Part shown: piece after piece, positions 57,508 through 64,000 of the stretch
Position numbering within the stretch: position 1 is the first letter of the stretch
Layout: every line of letters starts with the position of its first letter
Assembly (NCBI GenBank): GCA_965219445.1
Contig: CBDCNQ010000004.1
Location: 384,001-448,000 of the forward strand
DNA length: 64,000 nt
Direction of reading: 5' to 3'
DNA from: Longimicrobiales bacterium
Lineage (GTDB): Bacteria; Gemmatimonadota; Gemmatimonadetes; Longimicrobiales; Gaopeijiaceae
Translations under genes and position numbers: made by a program
The notes under the pieces: generated by a model
The model's database searches: none
Told to the model about the DNA's origin: nothing
What the model saw: only the letters and a program-made list of their open reading frames with translations

Positions 57508-58205
57508 AGGTCGCCATCGTCACCTTCCCCGGGTCCAACTGCGACTACGACCTCTACAAGTGCATTCAGCTCGTAGGAGGGGAGCCCGAGTTCCGCTGGC
57601 ATCGGGACGTCGAGCTGGGTGACGTCGATGTGGTCATGCTTCCCGGTGGCTTCTCCTACGGGGACTACCTCAGAGCCGGTGCGATCGCCACCATGAGCCC
57701 TATCATGGACGCGGTGAAGGATTTCGCGAAGTCCGGTGGTCCGGTTCTGGGCATCTGTAACGGATTTCAGACGCTCTGTGAGTCCGGGCTGCTGCCCGGA
57801 GCCCTGCTACGAAACCGCTCTCTTCTCTTCGCGAGCCGCGATGTCCTGCTCCGGGTCGAAAATACGTCGTCGATCTTCACGCAGGAGTACGAAGCGGGCC
57901 AGATCCTCCGAATGCCGATCGCCCACGCCGAGGGTAATTATCACGCGGATGATGAGACACTCGAGCGCCTTGAGGGCGAGGGGCGGGTCCTATTCCGCTA
58001 TACCGATGCTGAAGGTGAGGCCGTGGACAGTGCGAACCCGAACGGCTCGGCCCGCTCGATCGCGGGCATCCTCAACGAGGCAGGTAACGTCATGGGTATG
58101 ATGCCGCACCCCGAACGAGCGGTGGAGCCCATCCTCGGGTCCGTGGACGGACTCGGCCTCTTTAAAGCACTCCTGTCGCACTTTTCCCCCGTCGGGACGC
58201 TGTGA
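57504..58205 (+). CDS. purQ: FGAM synthase glutaminase subunit PurQ
   Basis: FPGSNC, PGGFSYGDYLR, GICNGFQ and MPHPER motifs. Confidence 0.97.
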   Translation: MKVAIVTFPGSNCDYDLYKCIQLVGGEPEFRWHRDVELGDVDVVMLPGGFSYGDYLRAGAIATMSPIMDAVKDFAKSGGPVLGICNGFQTLCESGLLPGALLRNRSLLFASRDVLLRVENTSSIFTQEYEAGQILRMPIAHAEGNYHADDETLERLEGEGRVLFRYTDAEGEAVDSANPNGSARSIAGILNEAGNVMGMMPHPERAVEPILGSVDGLGLFKALLSHFSPVGTL

Positions 58206-58286
58206 CCAGGCTCCCCCCACGCTTCAAACGGCCTTCACGCATGGATTCATCGAATCGTGAACCATAGACCAGACAGTACCGGAGCT

Positions 58287-60557
58287 ATGACCGCATCGAG
58301 CGCGGCGCCTAGAGAGGGTGACCCCCGCATCACCCCGGAGTTGATAGAGGATCACGGCCTGTCGGCGTCCGAGTACGAGCGTGTTCTCGAGATCCTCGGG
58401 AGGGAGCCCACATTCACGGAACTCGGCGTATTCAGCGCAATGTGGTCGGAGCACTGCGGCTACAAGAACTCCAAGCGCCTCCTCAGCCTACTGCCTACGA
58501 CGGCGCCCTGGGTGATCCAGGGACCCGGCGAGAACGCGGGCGTCATCGATATCGGAGACGGCTTGGCTTTGGCGTTCAAAATCGAATCACACAACCACCC
58601 GTCTGCCGTCGAACCCTACCAGGGTGCGGCAACCGGCGTGGGCGGCATCCTCCGTGATGTCTTCACGATGGGTGCCAGGCCGATCGCTGTACTGGACTCG
58701 CTTCGCTTCGGCGATCTCGACAACGGACGGGTTCGGTACCTCTTCTCCGGCGTCGTGAAGGGGATCGGCGACTACGGAAACTGTGTAGGCATCCCGAACA
58801 TCGGCGGGGAGGTCTTCTTCGACCGTGGCTACGCGGGAAATCCGATCGTGAACGCGATGTGCCTCGGACTCATGAAGACCGAGGATCTCATCAAGGGTGA
58901 GGCGAAAGGGGTGGGAAACCCGCTCATGGCCGTGGGTGCCCGTACCGGGCGAGACGGAATCCACGGGGCCACCTTCGCCTCCGAGGAACTCAGCGACGAT
59001 TCGGAAGCCAGTCGGCCGCAGGTCCAGGTGGGTGATCCCTTTACGGAAAAGCTCCTCTTGGAGGCCAGTCTCGAGCTCATCCAGAGCGGGCATATCACGG
59101 GAATCCAGGACATGGGAGCGGCCGGAATCACGTCGAGCGCATCCGAGATGGCGGGCCGATCCGGCAACGGTGTGGAGATCGATATGGCGCTCGTCCCCGT
59201 CCGGGAACCCGGAATGACCCCCTACGAAATCCTCCTGTCGGAATCGCAGGAGCGCATGCTCGTCGTCGCGAAGTCCGGCAGTGAAGGCGTGGTGCGCGAC
59301 ATTCTCACCAAGTGGGAACTCGAGGCAGAGGAGATCGGGCGGGTCACGGATGACGGCCTGTTCCGGGTCCGCGAGGGCAGCCGTGTGGTCGCGGAGATCC
59401 CCTCCCTGCCCCTGACCGAGGGCTGCCCCACGTATGAGCGGGAGGGCATCGAGTCCGAAGAAATCAGTGAGCTTCGAGGTGCGGACCTGACACGCTTCAA
59501 CGACGCGGACGCCGATCAGTCGGAGGCATTCCTGAGGCTGATGGCGTCACCGAACATCGCGTCCAAGCGCTGGGTCTTTGGCCAATACGATACCACGGTG
59601 CGAACCGGCACAGCAGTGCGGCCAGGCGGGGACGCCGGGGTCGTGCGCCTTCGCGGTACACGCCGGGCGATAGCGGCGACCACCGACTGCAACGGCCGAT
59701 ACGTCTACCTGAACCCACGAACGGGAACGATGGCAGCCGTCGCCGAGGCGGCGAGGAACCTCGTCTGTGTGGGCGCACTCCCAACTGCCGTGACGAACAA
59801 TCTGAACTTCGGAAATCCCCTCAAGCCCCACATCTACTACCAGTTCCGCGAGTCCGTGCTGGGCATGGCCGAGGCCTGTAAGCTGTTCGAGACCCCGGTC
59901 ACCGGCGGAAACGTGTCGTTCTACAACGAGACGGACGGGGTCGCGATCTACCCAACACCGGTCATCGGCATGGTCGGAATCTTGGAAGACGTGGACCATA
60001 TCACTCGCCACGCCTTCTCGAAGGAAGGCGATACGATCATCTTGCTCGGTGACAATACGGACGAATTGGGGGCCTCGGAGTATCTTTATGTCATGGAGGG
60101 CCTGGTGGCCGGAGAGCCACCCTCGGTCGATCTCCTCGGAGAACGTGGACTCCAGCACGCGGTGTTGTCGATGATCCAAAACGGTCTACTTCACTCTGCC
60201 CACGACGTGTCGGAGGGAGGCCTCGCCTGCGCCTTGGCCGAAAGCGCACTCGGAGATGGAGAAAACCCGCTGGGGGTGCAGGTCACGCTTCACGACGCGC
60301 TCCCGGTCCTTCCCCTCCTTTTCGGTGAGTCTCAAGGCCGGGTCGTGGTTTCGTGTGATCCGCGCTCCGCGGACGAGGTCTTGCGTCACGCCAAGCGTCA
60401 TGGCGTGCACTCCCGGGCAGTGGGTCAGGTTGTCCCTCCCGATCAGGGCTTCAGGATCGACGGGCGAGCGACGTCGCTGGAGGCCGATATCGAAGTCCTC
60501 GCCGGACTGTTCTTCGGCGTAATTCCCGCCTTGATGGATGGAGCTGGAGCCTCGTGA
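58287..60557 (+). CDS. purL: FGAM synthase subunit PurL
   Basis: [28 protein letters not shown] and GGNVSFYNE motifs. Confidence 0.98.
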   Translation: MTASSAAPREGDPRITPELIEDHGLSASEYERVLEILGREPTFTELGVFSAMWSEHCGYKNSKRLLSLLPTTAPWVIQGPGENAGVIDIGDGLALAFKIESHNHPSAVEPYQGAATGVGGILRDVFTMGARPIAVLDSLRFGDLDNGRVRYLFSGVVKGIGDYGNCVGIPNIGGEVFFDRGYAGNPIVNAMCLGLMKTEDLIKGEAKGVGNPLMAVGARTGRDGIHGATFASEELSDDSEASRPQVQVGDPFTEKLLLEASLELIQSGHITGIQDMGAAGITSSASEMAGRSGNGVEIDMALVPVREPGMTPYEILLSESQERMLVVAKSGSEGVVRDILTKWELEAEEIGRVTDDGLFRVREGSRVVAEIPSLPLTEGCPTYEREGIESEEISELRGADLTRFNDADADQSEAFLRLMASPNIASKRWVFGQYDTTVRTGTAVRPGGDAGVVRLRGTRRAIAATTDCNGRYVYLNPRTGTMAAVAEAARNLVCVGALPTAVTNNLNFGNPLKPHIYYQFRESVLGMAEACKLFETPVTGGNVSFYNETDGVAIYPTPVIGMVGILEDVDHITRHAFSKEGDTIILLGDNTDELGASEYLYVMEGLVAGEPPSVDLLGERGLQHAVLSMIQNGLLHSAHDVSEGGLACALAESALGDGENPLGVQVTLHDALPVLPLLFGESQGRVVVSCDPRSADEVLRHAKRHGVHSRAVGQVVPPDQGFRIDGRATSLEADIEVLAGLFFGVIPALMDGAGAS

Positions 60558-62032
60558 CCTCGAAGCGTTTGCCCCAGATGCGCTCAGGACCCGTCGATTT
60601 CACGGCGTCCCAGCTCGACGACCGGCCTCACGAGGAGTGCGGCGTCGTCGGTTTCAGTGGCATCGATGACGCTGCGGAATTGGCGTTTCTGGGTCTGTAC
60701 GCCCTTCAACATCGGGGCCAAGAATCCGCCGGAATATGCGCGCTCGCCGACGGTGAGGCACGGCTCCACAAGGGTGTGGGATTGGTTGCTGACGTCTTCA
60801 ACGCGGATGCCCTGCGAGGCCTTCCCGGACGTACGGCGGTAGGGCACGTACGATACTCGACCGCGGGTGGAAGCCAGGCATTGAACGCACAACCGATCGT
60901 CGTACGGTATGGCGGGGGCGATCTGGCGGTGGCCCACAACGGCAACCTCACGAACGCCCACGACCTCAAGACGCAGCTCGTGGGGGAGGGAGCGATCTTC
61001 CAGACCACGTCGGATTCGGAGGTGATCGTTCACCTGATCGCCCGGTCTCGCGAGGCGACCATCGACGGCCAAGTGGCCGACGCTCTCAGTCAGCTGGAGG
61101 GAGCATTCTCACTCGCCATTACGGTGGGTGAGGTGATGTACGCCGTGTGCGACCCACGGGGGTACCGGCCCCTAGTGCTGGGCAGCCTAGAAGAGGGACA
61201 CGTGCTCGCAAGCGAGACATGTGCATTGGACATCCTCGGCGCGAAGTTTGTGCGGAACATCAAACGAGGGGAGGTCCTGAGGATTGAGGGCGCAACGCTC
61301 CGCAACCTCCCTGAGCTCCCTGGAGCCGAGGCGGCCGCCCCATGCATTTTTGAGCTGGTCTACTTCGCTCGGCCGGACTCGCATCTCTGGAACATCTCTG
61401 TGGACGGCGCACGCCGTGGATTCGGACGCCGCCTCGCAGACGAGCATCCGATTGAGGCTGACGCAGTAGTCTCGGTGCCCGACAGCGCCAACTCCGCGGC
61501 GCTCGGATACAGCGAGCAAAGCGGGATCCCCTTCGAGTTGGGTCTCCTCCGAAACCACTACGTCGGGCGTACTTTCATCAAGCCTTCTCAGGCCGATCGA
61601 GACTTCAGCGCCCGCATGAAGTACAACCCGGTGAAGGAGGTGCTCGAGGGTCGCCGTATCATCGTAGTGGACGACTCACTCGTACGCGGAACCACGAGCC
61701 GGAGTCTCGTCAAATTCATCCGGCAAGCCGGGGCTAAAGAAGTCCATTTCCGCATCGCCAGCCCACCGGTGCGTTTCCCATGCTTCTACGGCATCGACAT
61801 GCCGAGCCATGAGGAGCTCATCGGGTCCAGACTTACGCCGTTAGAGATCGGACAGGAACTCGGGGTCGATTCCCTCGGTTACCTATCGCTCGATGGAATG
61901 CTCTCGGTCGTCTCCGACCATGGCTCCTTTTGCGACGCTTGCTTCTCCGGTAGCTATGCCGCACCCCTCGTCGACCTGGACAAGGGCTACCTGCCCGGGA
62001 ACCACCCCATCAAGGTGTTAACGAGGCCGTAA
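60554..62032 (+). CDS. purF: Amidophosphoribosyltransferase
   Basis: Propeptide plus EECG, LQHRGQE, GHVRYST and [10 protein letters not shown] motifs. Confidence 0.97.
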   Translation: MTSKRLPQMRSGPVDFTASQLDDRPHEECGVVGFSGIDDAAELAFLGLYALQHRGQESAGICALADGEARLHKGVGLVADVFNADALRGLPGRTAVGHVRYSTAGGSQALNAQPIVVRYGGGDLAVAHNGNLTNAHDLKTQLVGEGAIFQTTSDSEVIVHLIARSREATIDGQVADALSQLEGAFSLAITVGEVMYAVCDPRGYRPLVLGSLEEGHVLASETCALDILGAKFVRNIKRGEVLRIEGATLRNLPELPGAEAAAPCIFELVYFARPDSHLWNISVDGARRGFGRRLADEHPIEADAVVSVPDSANSAALGYSEQSGIPFELGLLRNHYVGRTFIKPSQADRDFSARMKYNPVKEVLEGRRIIVVDDSLVRGTTSRSLVKFIRQAGAKEVHFRIASPPVRFPCFYGIDMPSHEELIGSRLTPLEIGQELGVDSLGYLSLDGMLSVVSDHGSFCDACFSGSYAAPLVDLDKGYLPGNHPIKVLTRP

Positions 62033-62039
62033 CGGGCCC

Positions 62040-63065
62040 CTAGACGTCCTCGGCCAGGAAGGCCTCCGCCATCTCAACGATCTCGGAGGACCCGATGTAC
62101 AGTGGAGTCCTTTGGTGAATGTCCTCCGGCGTGAGGGTCAATATGGGGGTTTGTCCGTCGGATGCTCGCCCACCGGCTCGCTCACAGATCATGGCCATGG
62201 GCGCGGCCTCATAGAGGAGCCGGAGCTTCCCATGGGGATTCTTCGAGTCCGCCGGATACATGAAGATCCCACCCTTGAGAAGAGTGCGGTGAAAATCCGC
62301 CACCAAAGAGCCGATGTACCGTGAGCTGTAGGAGACCGGCGAGTCACTATCGAGCCCCTTCAAGCGTTGCATGAGCCTCTGCTGTCCCCGGGACCATCGA
62401 GGATAATACGCCTCGTTGATCGAGTATGTCCGGCTCGGCGGGTCGGGCATGACAAGACTCGGGTGGCTCAGCAAGAACTCACCAATCGACGGGTCGAGCG
62501 TAAACCCATGCACCCCCCGGCCACTGGTGTACACGAGCATGGTCGACGATCCGTAGAGCACATATCCCGCCCCGACCTGCCTGCACCCGGCCTGAAGGCA
62601 GTCTTCGAGGGTTCCGTCCTCGTCGTCGGTGATCTTCTGGTGAATCGAAAAGATCGTGCCGATCGAAACGTTTACGTCGATGTTCGAGGAGCCATCCAGA
62701 GGATCGAAGATCAAGACATATTGCCCCTTCGGAAACTGATCCGGAATGGGAATGATGTCCTCGGATTCCTCGGAAACCATGCAACAGAGTGCTCCCGTAT
62801 GATCCAAAGCCCGGTAGATCACGTCCTCCGCATAGAGATCGAGTTTCTGGACACTTTCCCCCTGGACGTTCGTGTCTCCGGTGCCTCCGAGCACGTCGAC
62901 GATGCCCGCCTTATTCACCTCCCGGGAGATGATTTTCGCGGCGAGAGTGAGCGAGTAGAGAATATTGCTGAAGGCGCCGGTCGCCTCGGGGCGGGTCCGT
63001 TCCTCTTCGACGATATGCCTCTCTAGCGTTACAACACTGCGGTTCGTCATGGCCTCATGGGACAT
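62040..63065 (-). CDS. fbp: Fructose-1,6-bisphosphatase class 1
   Basis: [30 protein letters not shown] and KLRLLYE motifs. Confidence 0.96.
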   Translation of the reverse strand: MSHEAMTNRSVVTLERHIVEEERTRPEATGAFSNILYSLTLAAKIISREVNKAGIVDVLGGTGDTNVQGESVQKLDLYAEDVIYRALDHTGALCCMVSEESEDIIPIPDQFPKGQYVLIFDPLDGSSNIDVNVSIGTIFSIHQKITDDEDGTLEDCLQAGCRQVGAGYVLYGSSTMLVYTSGRGVHGFTLDPSIGEFLLSHPSLVMPDPPSRTYSINEAYYPRWSRGQQRLMQRLKGLDSDSPVSYSSRYIGSLVADFHRTLLKGGIFMYPADSKNPHGKLRLLYEAAPMAMICERAGGRASDGQTPILTLTPEDIHQRTPLYIGSSEIVEMAEAFLAEDV

Positions 63066-63206
63066 GGGCTCCTGGGGGGCTCTGTGCTGTGCCGTAGCAA
63101 AACATAGCCGGGGCCATCCGGAGGTCAAAGACACTCCTTTTCTCGTGAGCGCCACGATTCCTCTAGGCCATATGGGTCCGGTCTATCTGGCCACTGAGGG
63201 CCCTCC

Positions 63207-64000
63207 TCACCACTCGGTCCGGACCTCGTGCAGTCCGCTGCGCCGCGCTCGTATCACGATGTCGCCGCTCTGGTCCGTACGCAGGACACGACCCCCCGAT
63301 TCGAGGATCCGGCTCACGACTTCGGCATGGGGATGGCCGTAACGGTTCCTCGCGCCGACCGAAATCACGGCCAGCTCTGGAGAGGTCTGTGCGAGAAGCA
63401 AAGGAGAAGTCGAAGTGTTCGACCCATGGTGACCAACCTTCAGGACCTCGAGCTCAGAAGGAAGATCGTCGAGGATCGCCTCCTCCACCTCCACTGGTGC
63501 GTCGCCGGTCAGGAGAGCCTCGAACTCCCCATAACGGACAAGAAGAACGACGGACTTCGCGTTGGAATCCGTCCCGCTATACGACACCGTCGTAGGACCG
63601 CCAGGATGGAGAACCGAAACTTCGACCCCGTCCAACGTGATCGAGACATCCCTCCGGGCTTCAAGCCAGGGAACCCCGTTCCGGCTGGCCGCCTCCAAGA
63701 CACCCACGTAGGCGTCCCTTCCCGTCGCCTGAAATGGGTCCGCCACGTACCCCACGTCCAATGCTTGGACGACAGCTTCGGCTCCACCGATGTGATCCAG
63801 ATCCGGATGGGTCAACACGAGAGCCTCGATCCGTGCGACTCCCCTGCGGCGCAGATAGGGGAGGACCACCCGCGCGCCTGCGTCGTAGGTTTGTCCCCGC
63901 GGACCCGTGTCCACGAGAATCCACCGGCCTCCGGGAGATCGGATGGCCAAGGCGTCGCCCTGGCCTACGTCGAGAAAAACGATCTCCAACGTACCCGCAC
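63207..64000 (-). CDS. comEC: ComEC/Rec2 competence protein, C-terminal MBL domain (partial)
   Basis: LDVGQGDA, THPDLDHIGG, LLTGD, KVGHHGS and NRYGHP motifs; runs off the window end. Confidence 0.88.
   Translation of the reverse strand, partial: AGTLEIVFLDVGQGDALAIRSPGGRWILVDTGPRGQTYDAGARVVLPYLRRRGVARIEALVLTHPDLDHIGGAEAVVQALDVGYVADPFQATGRDAYVGVLEAASRNGVPWLEARRDVSITLDGVEVSVLHPGGPTTVSYSGTDSNAKSVVLLVRYGEFEALLTGDAPVEVEEAILDDLPSELEVLKVGHHGSNTSTSPLLLAQTSPELAVISVGARNRYGHPHAEVVSRILESGGRVLRTDQSGDIVIRARRSGLHEVRTEW

Overview
High-GC, gene-dense core-chromosome segment. Gene content and order suggest a Gemmatimonadota-like bacterium (inference only). It contains tRNA-Leu(CAA) flanked by small hypothetical ORFs, then DinB, TolC, an SSS symporter, acnA, an nfeD-floA-yqfB-like operon, rne/rng-rplU-rpmA and RecQ. 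Next come a split B12 acyl-CoA mutase with MeaB, vanZ-aspS-phoH-7TM/HD-ybeY-mgtE-aarF, rlmN, yqeK-lytR_C-lepB and an RqcH/NFACT gene. A trp cluster is interrupted by lexA and by a HEAT-repeat/HD-GYP pair. It is followed by truA-tal-htrA-purB-purC-psd-pssA-purSQLF, fbp and a partial ComEC. I saw no CRISPR array, rRNA, prophage or transposase. The best leads are six. (1) A coupled HEAT + HD-GYP pair sharing a homologous N-terminal domain, with a direct repeat upstream. (2) Four TTCGGG repeats in the lexA promoter, a candidate SOS box. (3) A highly structured leader upstream of RNase E/G. (4) A mutase with isobutyryl-CoA-mutase-type residues. (5) A MITE-like element with dispersed solo ends. (6) An in-frame amber stop in a hypothetical gene. 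All calls were made by eye, without database searches.
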